Below, one piece after another: positions 9,001 through 19,041 of a stretch of 28,415 nt of DNA. Numbering within the stretch: the stretch's first letter is position 1; each line of letters opens with the position of its first letter. Made by a program: the position numbers and the translations under genes. Source of the stretch: Verrucomicrobiota bacterium. Its GTDB lineage: Bacteria > Verrucomicrobiota > Verrucomicrobiia > Limisphaerales > CAIMTB01. The notes under the pieces are model-generated. The model had not been told where the DNA came from. It ran no database searches and saw nothing but the letters and a program-made list of their open reading frames with translations. The DNA lies in NCBI GenBank assembly GCA_038328885.1, contig JBBQML010000001.1, positions 1 through 28,415 of the forward strand, written 5' to 3'.

Positions 9001-10946
9001 GCGGCAACAGTCTGCCGGACCTCGGTGAAATCCTGCTCCCAGGCGGCGTCGATCACCTGGGAGCCGAGGGACTGGACCGCCTGGTGGAAACATTGCCCCG
9101 CAGTGACCAGGGCCTGCAGCGCGAGCAACTCATTGTCCCAGGCTGGGGAAGCGAGCGCCGTGCGGTCGACGGCGGGGGCGGCGGCGGCGTGTTGCGCCAC
9201 CACGATGAGCCGCTCGGCGGCGGCTCCGGTTTCCGGCGGCGACAGGGCGAGGGCCGCCGCGGCGGCTTGCGCGGAGGCCCGGGCGGCGGCGAGGCGTTGA
9301 GCGACCTCCACGACCCGCGCCACCAGCGGGGGCAGGTCGATCGGCAGAATCGTGGCCTGTCGAACCCCGCGCCAGGGATGGGCATCCGGCAGCCCGTGGT
9401 GACCGAGGCGCGCGCCGAGATCGGCGACCAGTTCCTCGCGGGCCGCCCGTTCCTCCGGAGTCCAGGTGGCGGCGAGCGGCAGTTCCAGCGTCGCGGCGGA
9501 GCCTCCGTCCTCATCGAGCGAGACCAACTCGCCGAGCACCCGGAACACCGTGAGGCCGGTGGGAACATGGACCGTGTGGAGGGCCTGGCAGTGCGCGTTG
9601 AGGGCCGTGCGACGGTGGTCCAGTTCGGCCATCACCCCGGAGAGCTCCCGGTCACGGGGCTTGCCGAGGCGCCAGGTACGGCCGAGTTCCGCCAGCACCG
9701 CGCGCTTGCTGGCCTTGTTGCTGTGCAACTCGAGGCAGATGTCGCCGAGGCCCTCCCGCTCCAGGCGTCGCTTGACCACCTCGAGGGCCGCCAGTTTCTC
9801 GGCGACGAACAGCACCCGCTTTCCCTCGAGCACGGCGGTGGCGATGAGGTTGGCGATGCTCTGGCTCTTGCCCGTGCCCGGCGGCCCCTGGAGCACGAGG
9901 CTTCGACCCTGGCGCACCATCTCAATGGCCCGCGTCTGGGAGCCATCGGCGTCCACGACGTGATCGAGACGTTCGACCGGGATCAGTTCATCAAGCTGGG
10001 CCGAGTCCGGAATCGGCGGATCGGCAGCGGGGAAGCCGTCGCCTAGCAGCGCCGACACAAACGGGTTTTCCAGCAGGGGCCGGTCGATCGGCCAGGTGGC
10101 CGGGTCGAGATCGCGGTACAGGAGGAACTTCGCGAAGGAAAAGCAGCCCAGGACGACTGCGTCCGGGAGGACTGCCCAGCCGGGGCGATCGGCCAGGGTG
10201 TCAGTGACGGCCTGGAAATAGGCGACGAGGTCGAGGGTTTCGGGATCCGGGAAGGCCGGGAGCGTCAGTCCGAAATCGCTCTCCAGCTTGGCGCGCAGGC
10301 TGAGGTTCTCCTCCACGTCCTCTTCCCGGGCGCGCAGGAGAAAGCGCTCCGCGGCGTTGCGGCGGGCGAGGCCGACCGGCACCAGGACCAGCGGGGCGAA
10401 ACGCCGAACCTCCGGGGCCCCTTCCTCGCACCATTGCAGTTGCCCGAGGGCGAGGTAGAGCACGTTGACGCCGGTTTCCTCGAGGCTGCTGCGGGCATCG
10501 CGCTCGAGATCGAGCAACCGGCGCTGCAATCCCTCCGGGGTCAGCGAGGTCTGCAGCCGGGCGTCGAGGTGCCGTTTCGCGGGTCCCTTGCCGGTCTCGT
10601 CGGCGTCATCGGGTGGCGGGAGTCCGATCTCCTCCTCCTCCTCGTCCGCCATCGTCCCGGGTCGGCCCGGGTCCGTTCCGGTCGGCGGGGAGTCGGGAGC
10701 AGCCAGGGTGCTGTCGGGGCCCTTTCCGGGCCTGGTCGTGGCGGAGGTGGTGCGACTGGCGAGGAAGCTCAGCGCCTTCCCTTCGGTCACCAGGAGGTGG
10801 AAGACTTCGGAGCCCCGCTCATCGACCACCGGGACCAGCCGTGCCAGCCGTGAACCCACCGGCACCGACACGAGTCGGTTGCGGTTGGATAGGTCGAGGA
10901 GTTCGCGGCGGGCGCGGTCCAGGCGGGCTCGGAGTTCGCTCGACAT
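6009..10946 (-). CDS. DUF4011 - SF1 (Upf1-like) helicase - restriction/Vsr-like endonuclease - DUF3320 multidomain protein (Hhe-like defence candidate)
   Basis: 1645 aa. N-terminal ARRELLDLSNRNRL...LYLALGQL.W...APLVLVPV (DUF4011-like). Helicase motifs QGPPGTGKSQ, VVDEASQ, GDSRQLPP, HYRS, ENVQGDERD, RLNVLISRAR. Nuclease segment SPFEEAV...FIDLGV...IECDGAAYH...RDRDRLRQAVLE..GW.IHRIWSTDW. C-terminal VEIEGPVHEDEL...WG (DUF3320-like). Confidence 0.88.
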   Translation of the reverse strand: MSSELRARLDRARRELLDLSNRNRLVSVPVGSRLARLVPVVDERGSEVFHLLVTEGKALSFLASRTTSATTRPGKGPDSTLAAPDSPPTGTDPGRPGTMADEEEEEIGLPPPDDADETGKGPAKRHLDARLQTSLTPEGLQRRLLDLERDARSSLEETGVNVLYLALGQLQWCEEGAPEVRRFAPLVLVPVGLARRNAAERFLLRAREEDVEENLSLRAKLESDFGLTLPAFPDPETLDLVAYFQAVTDTLADRPGWAVLPDAVVLGCFSFAKFLLYRDLDPATWPIDRPLLENPFVSALLGDGFPAADPPIPDSAQLDELIPVERLDHVVDADGSQTRAIEMVRQGRSLVLQGPPGTGKSQSIANLIATAVLEGKRVLFVAEKLAALEVVKRRLEREGLGDICLELHSNKASKRAVLAELGRTWRLGKPRDRELSGVMAELDHRRTALNAHCQALHTVHVPTGLTVFRVLGELVSLDEDGGSAATLELPLAATWTPEERAAREELVADLGARLGHHGLPDAHPWRGVRQATILPIDLPPLVARVVEVAQRLAAARASAQAAAAALALSPPETGAAAERLIVVAQHAAAAPAVDRTALASPAWDNELLALQALVTAGQCFHQAVQSLGSQVIDAAWEQDFTEVRQTVAAHGRSWLRFLNGGFRRAMATWRGVLKGDPPRAHEARLALLDPLLAGQAALRRVQAGGALGTEAFGTAWRGEQSDWARLDGIVAWVQAQQAAGLDRGFRQQFAAVPDPAQAGLAGQQLEQMLAAAQGPLQRLFTTDLALDVPAAFGVPDAAQVNWVELDSRLAEWRRDPGSLSIWTQYFARVEQAHELGLEPLVSALATGDVPAVGARAAFRRTCFGSILREFARRNPGLAGFDGETHSRLVEEFRRLDRERLTLARFQVLATHHAHLPDPTAGVGAVGIVNSELERKRGHRPVRQLLIDAGSVVQAIKPVFMMSPLSVAQFLAPGAVSFDLLVVDEASQVQPVDALGAVARCRQIVVVGDSRQLPPTRFFARITGDEHDADLADGSGVGTAQVQDLESILGLCTARGLPSAMLRWHYRSRHHSLIAVSNHEFYENRLFIVPSPKATSDDLGLALHPVPNGVFDSGGTGTNRVEARAVCQAVLAHARTHPDRSLGVAAFSLRQQQAILDELELLRREHPDTEGFFNGHPEEPFFVKNLENVQGDERDVVFLSIGYGRDPDGYLRMNFGPLGAEGGERRLNVLISRARRRCVVFASLRSDDIDLARASGRGVQALKQFLHFAETGRLGLAVPSDREEGSPFEEAVRQAVEAQGYEVRPQVGIAGFFIDLGVVDPDRPGHYVLGIECDGAAYHASRSARDRDRLRQAVLEDHGWCIHRIWSTDWFQRPEEQLRRVVAAIEAARARLGPAGAPTPAGVPTPAGVPPGPGPRGGPVSTTTSEIDREDEPAPEVGLPALPVEPYALACFPPPPGTEPQALTPRDMADVLVRIVEIEGPVHEDELVTRVRDVWGLQRAGARVQEAVARGVRTLLATRQCLREDGFLAIPGQPVRLRRRDALESATLRKPEFVPPAEVREAILGLVEAAHGVARQELPGAVARLLGFRTAGAALRTLVERQVQRLESEGQLGLSGERGLLVRSPGAAESASRRSQRFNPRPGSST

Positions 10947-10965
10947 GGCGGGGCCTGGGTCTCGG

Positions 10966-13716
<2,751 letters not shown>

Positions 13717-13916
13717 GGGAGTGCCGCGGAGCGTTCCCCAAGCGAGCCGCCGAGGCGAGCCTGAGAACTCCCGAAGTGGAAGGAACCAGGCTGACACCAG
13801 AGGTCGCCGGTCCCCAACCACTCCCACTTGACGTCCCCGCGGAGGCCGCCAGACAAATGCAACGGCGTTCGGGGGAAAACAGGGAGAGGTGCGCGTGGCC
13901 GGGTGGGTGGGATGTC

Positions 13917-15056
13917 CTAGAAGCGCCTCGAGATCGAGGCGTTGACCACGAAGTCGGCGAAGGCCGCGTCGCCGTGCCGATAGACGCCGGTGGCGGCGGT
14001 TTGCTGCTTGTCCGGCACGCTTTGCTCACGGTTCCGGTACACCGCGACGGGGGTCGTCACCGCGAACATCCAACCGTTGCGCGACAGGCTCACACCCGGC
14101 TCGATGCCGATCGAAAGGCCGGGACGGCGGAAGCCCTCGCTGCCGCCGACGGCATCGTTGACCGGCACGCCGTCGATGCGACCGCCGAGGGACAGCGCCA
14201 AACCCCATTTGGGCAGGACCATGTAGTCCACTCCCACGCGGCCCATGTAAGTGTCCGCGATCGACATGATCGCCTCGTAGGGGCTTCCGCGGTAGGTGCG
14301 CACCCCATTCTTCTCCTCCGGCGTGACCGTGTAGGACCCGTTCGCGTAGAGATTCAGCCCCTTCCCGAGTCCGTAGTAGCCGTAGAGCTCCATCACCATG
14401 CCCCAGCCGCCGTCGCCGAGTTGGATCGACTGATCCACGGTGCGATCCCGCGCCACGATCCGCCCCGTGGGGGCGTCGAATGCCTGGAAGGTGTCCTTGG
14501 CGTCCTTCTCCCCGGTTGGCATGTCCACGCCAAGCATTACGAGCAGGTTGCCCTTGGGTGCGTTCACCGGATCCAGGATCCACGCGTTGCCCGTGAGGCG
14601 TATGTCCCCCAGGCCCGCCGACTGGGTGTGGTACCGCTGCAGGATGGTCCGCGAGGTGTCGTTCGACCGGACCACCTGGGAGCGGTCATTGATCGAGAAA
14701 GGGATGGTCAGAGTCGCGCTGTAACGGGGCGTGAACGCGTAGGTCAGGCTGACGTCCAGGAAGTTCGAGTTATTGATGACCTCGCTGCCCTCCTTCTGAC
14801 GCTCCGGGTGCTCCTGGTCGCCGACGAAGTGGCGGTCCGAATGGAGCCACCGGTAGCCGACGGCAGCCTGGAAGCCCTCCGTCGTCTGGAGTTCGATCCC
14901 TGGCAAGTGGAAGAAGGTTCCGCTTCGACCGGCCACGCAGCCCTGTCCGAAGGACGAGGGCAGGTACAGCGCCGCCGCCAGCATTGCGGCCAATCCCAGG
15001 CCGAGCCGCCGGTTGCGGTGCGCGGATTGTGGTTGGGAGATAGTTTTGAAAATCAT
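13917..15056 (-). CDS. Putative outer-membrane beta-barrel transporter/channel (MetA-pathway-like porin superfamily)
   Basis: 379 aa. Signal peptide ending ...SSFG-QGCVAG, GLGDIRL and TG...QLGDGG motifs, alternating beta-strand patterns, terminal ...VNASISRRF. Confidence 0.7.
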   Translation of the reverse strand: MIFKTISQPQSAHRNRRLGLGLAAMLAAALYLPSSFGQGCVAGRSGTFFHLPGIELQTTEGFQAAVGYRWLHSDRHFVGDQEHPERQKEGSEVINNSNFLDVSLTYAFTPRYSATLTIPFSINDRSQVVRSNDTSRTILQRYHTQSAGLGDIRLTGNAWILDPVNAPKGNLLVMLGVDMPTGEKDAKDTFQAFDAPTGRIVARDRTVDQSIQLGDGGWGMVMELYGYYGLGKGLNLYANGSYTVTPEEKNGVRTYRGSPYEAIMSIADTYMGRVGVDYMVLPKWGLALSLGGRIDGVPVNDAVGGSEGFRRPGLSIGIEPGVSLSRNGWMFAVTTPVAVYRNREQSVPDKQQTAATGVYRHGDAAFADFVVNASISRRF

Positions 15057-15389
15057 GCGGCAAATAAGTGGATGAAGTAGTGGTGCGGCGGGAGGTTTTA
15101 GAGGGTCCTCCCGGCGCGGCGAAGGGCCTTGGGGTGAACGGCTGGCAATCCGTGGCGAAGTGGAGTGCGGCGGGGGCGGAATGCGGAACGGGCCGTTGAG
15201 CGGCGTCCGGCGAAGGCGACTTGGTGGAGGAAGGTGTGGGTGTCGTGCCCGAGATCCTACCGAATGGTAGCCACGCCGAGTGGCATGGAGGGGATTCAGT
15301 GGCGCAACCGGGGGCAGGCATCCTGTGGTGGGCAGTCAACGAAAGATGGATAGTGCTCCGGCTTTGGTCGAATCTTGCGACGTCTTGGA

Positions 15390-15968
15390 ATGAGTGCTGG
15401 CCACCCCCAAACCCCGTCGGACGGGTCGTCCCTGAGTGCCGAGCGCATCCTGGACGCCCTGGAAAAGCTGTCCGCGGAACTCGGCCGGCAGGGCGTGATG
15501 GGTGAGGCCTGCCTCTTCGGTGGCACGGTCATGGTGCTCGCATTCACGGCACGTCTGACGACGAAGGACGTCGACGCGCTCTTCCAACCCGCCGCGGCTG
15601 TGCGCGAAGCCGCGCGTCGCATCGCCGACGAAGCGCATCTCCCGGCCGATTGGCTCAATGACGGCGTCAAAGGCTTCGTCTCGGCCCGCCACGAAACGAC
15701 CTTGAGAAACCTGCCGCAGTTCCCGAACCTCCGTTTGACGATGCCGGTGCCGGAGTACCTGCTCGCCATGAAGTGCATGGCCGCGCGGTTGGGCGGCATC
15801 ACCGGGGAGCAGTCCGACGTGGCGGACATCGTCTTTCTCATCCGGCGGCTCCAACTCTGTTCGGCACCTGAGGTGCTCGATCTGGTTGCCCTCTACTATC
15901 CGGCTCACCGTATTCCGGTGAAGACGCAGTACCTGGTCGAGGGATTGTTTGAGGAAGGCAGGATATGA
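15390..15968 (+). CDS. Nucleotidyltransferase, DUF6036/AbiEii/MenT-like
   Basis: 192 aa from ATG 15390. Motifs LFGGTVM...ARLTTKDVDA, WLNDGVKGF, YLLAMKCMAAR, DVADI match the GG...TxDxD...K...DxxD pattern of this NTase superfamily. Confidence 0.75.
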   Translation: MSAGHPQTPSDGSSLSAERILDALEKLSAELGRQGVMGEACLFGGTVMVLAFTARLTTKDVDALFQPAAAVREAARRIADEAHLPADWLNDGVKGFVSARHETTLRNLPQFPNLRLTMPVPEYLLAMKCMAARLGGITGEQSDVADIVFLIRRLQLCSAPEVLDLVALYYPAHRIPVKTQYLVEGLFEEGRI

Positions 15969-16345
15969 GGCCCAAGTCGCTTGCCGAGGTTGCGCAACTG
16001 GCTGGGGACGGGGACTCCTTCGACCGCTGCCTGGCCAATTTCCTCGACGGATTCTACGCCACGCCGGCGGGCGCGGCGCTGCAGGAATCCCCAGCGCTCC
16101 TTGGTCCCTGGATGGGCGACGTGGGTCGGGTGCAGGACGCCTACCTGGCGGCGACCGCGGAGGAACTGGCCCGGCGTTTCGCCCTGCCGCTGCCGGTCTG
16201 GACGTGCGCCGCCGAACGGGGACTGCACCGACCGTGGTTCGCCTCTCCGCTGGGGTCGTTGCGTGCGGTGCTCCTGCTGGAAAGCCCGGCAGGTTTCCGC
16301 GCGCGCAACCTGTTCGTCAGCGAGAACGCCCTCTCCCGCGCTTGA
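15965..16345 (+). CDS. Small uncharacterised partner of the NTase (putative antitoxin)
   Basis: 126 aa. ATGA overlap with the NTase stop. C-terminal PWF...LLLESPAGFRARNLFVSENALSRA looks like a conserved motif. No HTH recognised. Confidence 0.7.
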   Translation: MRPKSLAEVAQLAGDGDSFDRCLANFLDGFYATPAGAALQESPALLGPWMGDVGRVQDAYLAATAEELARRFALPLPVWTCAAERGLHRPWFASPLGSLRAVLLLESPAGFRARNLFVSENALSRA

Positions 16346-16448
16346 GCTGGGGTCAGATCTAAATTGTTGACAAAGCCGATGCTTTCGAGCGCGTCCGGGA
16401 GCGGCACGGGTTGGCGTTCGTGCCAAGGAGGTGGGTGGTCTGGCCCGC

Positions 16449-16477
16449 TTGCGGTGCCGCTGCCGGTGACGCAATCT
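16449..16477 (+). promoter_or_regulatory. Putative leaderless sigma70-type promoter
   Basis: TTGCGG (16449-16454), 17 nt, CAATCT (16472-16477), 6 nt, GTG at 16484. Confidence 0.55.
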
Positions 16478-16483
16478 GGCGGG

Positions 16484-17302
16484 GTGTTTGCGCGTTCGAT
16501 CCTGCTCCTGTTCGCCCTCGGCGCGTCGCCGTGGGCGCTCGGTGGTGGGTTGCTGCCGGTGGGGAGCGAGGCGGTGGACGTGCCCGCCCTGCTTCAGCGG
16601 GTGGTGGCGCGAGCCCGGGCCGTGGCGACGGAGACGAACGGGGGTTTCTACGTGTTCCGCAAGCTCGCGGTCACCGACACGCTGGACGCCAGCGGCGAGA
16701 TCAAGCGGACCAGGGAGAAGGTCTACGAGGTCACCGTACGGCAGGGGATGACCCAGAACCGGTTGGTGGCGGTCGACGGGCGCCGCCTGGCGGGTGCGGA
16801 GAGCGACGCGCTCAGCGAGAAGGAGCGTCGCTGGCGGGAGACGTACTCGAGCCGGCGAGGTGAGGAAGGGGGGTCGCGGACCGAGCGGATGGACCAGATC
16901 GTGAACGAGAAGCTGTTCGCGCGGTTCGAGTTCACTGCGGTAGGGCGGGAGGTGCTGCGCGGGCGCCCTTGCATTGCCCTCGATTTCCGTCCCAGGTCGG
17001 GAGACCTCCCGGACGAGCGGTTGATGGATCGGGTGCTGAACCTGTTCCGGGGCCGGATCTGGATCGACGAGGAGGAGGATGAGTTGGCGCGCGCCGAAAT
17101 CGCGACGGAGGGGGCGATGCGGGTCTGGGGGGGCATGTTGGGTAGCCTGGAGCGGTTCCGATTGCATGTAGATCGCGAGCGAAGCCCCTACGGGGTCTGG
17201 TTCAACCGCCACGCCGAAATCGAGATCCGGGCGCGTAAACTTCTTACCTCCTTTGGTATGCGCGTCCGTGAGGTGGGCAGCGAATTCCGGCCTGCGACCT
17301 AA
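16484..17302 (+). CDS. Exported hypothetical protein, possibly MucB/RseB or LolA-like fold
   Basis: 272 aa from GTG 16484, which gives a clean signal peptide (MFARSILLLFALGASPWALG). Beta-rich body with FEFTAVGREVLRGRPCIALDFRP and GRIWIDEEEDELARAE. Confidence 0.7.
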   Translation: MFARSILLLFALGASPWALGGGLLPVGSEAVDVPALLQRVVARARAVATETNGGFYVFRKLAVTDTLDASGEIKRTREKVYEVTVRQGMTQNRLVAVDGRRLAGAESDALSEKERRWRETYSSRRGEEGGSRTERMDQIVNEKLFARFEFTAVGREVLRGRPCIALDFRPRSGDLPDERLMDRVLNLFRGRIWIDEEEDELARAEIATEGAMRVWGGMLGSLERFRLHVDRERSPYGVWFNRHAEIEIRARKLLTSFGMRVREVGSEFRPAT

Positions 17303-17513
17303 GCCCGTTGAAAAAGTCTGGCAGCAGCCGCGAACAACGCAAAGGAACCCCGAAAAGCCAGTTAATGCGCCGTGTCACCACGGCGGCTACGGGACAAGGG
17401 GGCTTTTTGAACAGACTGCCAGTGACAACGCAGAGGAGCCCCCAAAAGCCAGTTAATGCGCCGTGTTACCACGGCGGCTACGGGACAAGGGGGCTTTTCG
17501 AACAGGCTGCTAG
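17302..17513. mobile_element. Non-autonomous IS-end-like element (MITE-like) containing a 91-bp tandem duplication
   Basis: Two near-identical copies with a 91-bp period (17334-17420 and 17425-17511). The left end AGCCCGTTGAAAAAGTC is an imperfect inverted repeat (13/17) of the right end GGCTTTTCGAACAGGCT. The element ends in CTAG. No transposase is present. Confidence 0.55.
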
Positions 17514-17590
17514 CCGCAAGCCGCAAGCCGCGCGGCCCCGTCGACAGCGGCCGGTCCCCGGCGCCTTTCCAAGTCCGGGCCCCGGTCGAC

Positions 17591-17619
17591 TCGACGCGCA
17601 GGGGGGAGGACGGCAAACT
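17591..17619 (+). promoter_or_regulatory. Putative leaderless promoter for the ROK gene
   Basis: TCGACG, 17 nt, CAAACT, 6 nt, ATG at 17626. No Shine-Dalgarno sequence between the -10 box and the start. Confidence 0.5.
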
Positions 17620-17625
17620 TCCCGC

Positions 17626-19029
17626 ATGGACGCGCACCTTTCGTTTCTCAAGCCACCACGACTTGCTGCCGTGCTCGATCCGGGGTTTCGTCCGGCAGCG
17701 CTGGCGGTTCAGGATTTTGAGGCTGCGGCAGAGGCTTCCGGCCGTCCCCTCACACTGGGCATCGCCATCGAACAGGCGGACGGCTCGACGTACGCCTTCC
17801 GGCGGAAGTTCCTGCCGCTGGACCACCCGCAAGCGGGGGCGAACGCCTTTTTCCTCGAGCGCCTCGCGAAGTTCCTGCTCTGGTCACGCGGGGGCTGGCG
17901 GCTCCGGGTGGCCGGGCCTGCCACGCTGGTGGACACCCTCGCGCGCCACTACCGCGAGACCGAGGAGGGGCGCTTTGACGCCGAGATGATGGGTGGGCGG
18001 GTCTACGAGCGGCCGTTCACGGTGGAGGCGGTCGCCGAACTGCCACCCGAGCGGGCCGCGACCCAAAGCCTGGGCCGGCACTGGGACGGGTGCCGGATTG
18101 GCTTCGACCTGGGCGGAAGCGATCGGAAAGTCTCGGCCGTCCGGGATGGTGAGCCAGTATTCAGCGAGGAGACGGTCTGGGATCCGATCAAGCAGGCGGA
18201 CCCGCAGTATCATTTCGACGGCATCATGGATTCGTTGCGCAAGGCGGCGGCCCATCTGCCAAGGGTCGATGCGATCGGGGGTAGCGCGGCGGGCGTTTAT
18301 GTGAGCAACCGGCCCAAGGTCGCCTCGCTCTTCCGCTCTGTACCCCCGGCGCAGTTCGAGGCGCGCATCAAGAACCTGTTCTTCGAGCTCAAGGCGGCCT
18401 GGGGCGAAGTGCCGTTCGAGGTGGCCAACGATGGAGAGGTGACCGCTTTGGCCGGGTCGATGTCGCTGGGCAGGAACGCCGTCCTCGGCATCGCCATGGG
18501 CACCAGCACCGCGGCGGGTTATGTGACGCCGGACGGCAACATCACTTCCTGGCTCAACGAACTGGCGTTTGTTCCGGTGGATTATCGTCCGGAGGGCCCG
18601 CAGTGCGAGTGGAGCAGGGACCGCGGGGTCGGGTCCCAGTATTTCTCCCAGCAGGCGCTCGGTCGCCTGGTCCCGGCCTCTGGCATCGAGGTCGATCCGA
18701 CGCTGCCCTTGCCAGAAAAGCTCAAGCTTGTGCAGCGGCTGATGGCGGGGGGTGACCTGCGGGCTCGACGCATTTACGAGACGATCGGCACCTACCTCGG
18801 GTACGGACTGGCGCACATCGCGGGATTCTATGATTGCGAGCACGTGCTGGTCCTGGGACGCGTCATGACGGGCGACGGAGGCACGGTGATTCTGGAGGGT
18901 GCCCGGACGGTGCTGGACGCGGAGTTTCCGGAGTTGGCGAAACGGGTCGCGTTCCACACCCCGGACGAGACCTCGAAGCGCCACGGCCAGGCGGTCGCTG
19001 CGGCGAGTCTCCCGCTCCTGCGGGAGTGA
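17626..19029 (+). CDS. ROK-family protein (sugar kinase-like) with an N-terminal extension
   Basis: 467 aa. IGFDLGGSDRK (phosphate-1), VANDGEVTALAG, GIAMGTSTAAGY, NELAF, C-terminal GQAVAAASL. Confidence 0.82.
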   Translation: MDAHLSFLKPPRLAAVLDPGFRPAALAVQDFEAAAEASGRPLTLGIAIEQADGSTYAFRRKFLPLDHPQAGANAFFLERLAKFLLWSRGGWRLRVAGPATLVDTLARHYRETEEGRFDAEMMGGRVYERPFTVEAVAELPPERAATQSLGRHWDGCRIGFDLGGSDRKVSAVRDGEPVFSEETVWDPIKQADPQYHFDGIMDSLRKAAAHLPRVDAIGGSAAGVYVSNRPKVASLFRSVPPAQFEARIKNLFFELKAAWGEVPFEVANDGEVTALAGSMSLGRNAVLGIAMGTSTAAGYVTPDGNITSWLNELAFVPVDYRPEGPQCEWSRDRGVGSQYFSQQALGRLVPASGIEVDPTLPLPEKLKLVQRLMAGGDLRARRIYETIGTYLGYGLAHIAGFYDCEHVLVLGRVMTGDGGTVILEGARTVLDAEFPELAKRVAFHTPDETSKRHGQAVAAASLPLLRE

Positions 19030-19041
19030 GGGTCCGGCGCC

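Noticed and set aside
6308-10853. Long plus-strand ORFs (e.g. 7737-10046, 7768-9300) opposite the helicase gene
   Set aside because: Antisense shadow ORFs expected at high GC, with no recognisable motifs. The same applies to the shadows over ilvD, the 10966 enzyme, ROK and the YfhO-like gene.
15057-15389. Cobalamin riboswitch or DUF2946-like leader peptide upstream of the barrel
   Set aside because: A GCCACTG is present on the minus strand, but the GGGAA and other core elements are missing. No CxxC...RxPP peptide was found in a credible ORF.
17334-17511. Possible CRISPR array
   Set aside because: Only two ~87-bp copies, nearly abutting, with no unique spacers and no cas genes. The heptamer arrays also lack repeat-spacer structure.
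17308-17625. N-terminal extension of the ROK ORF and small ORFs starting at 17253 and 17456
   Set aside because: They run through the duplicated IS-end-like element. ATG 17626 has promoter context.
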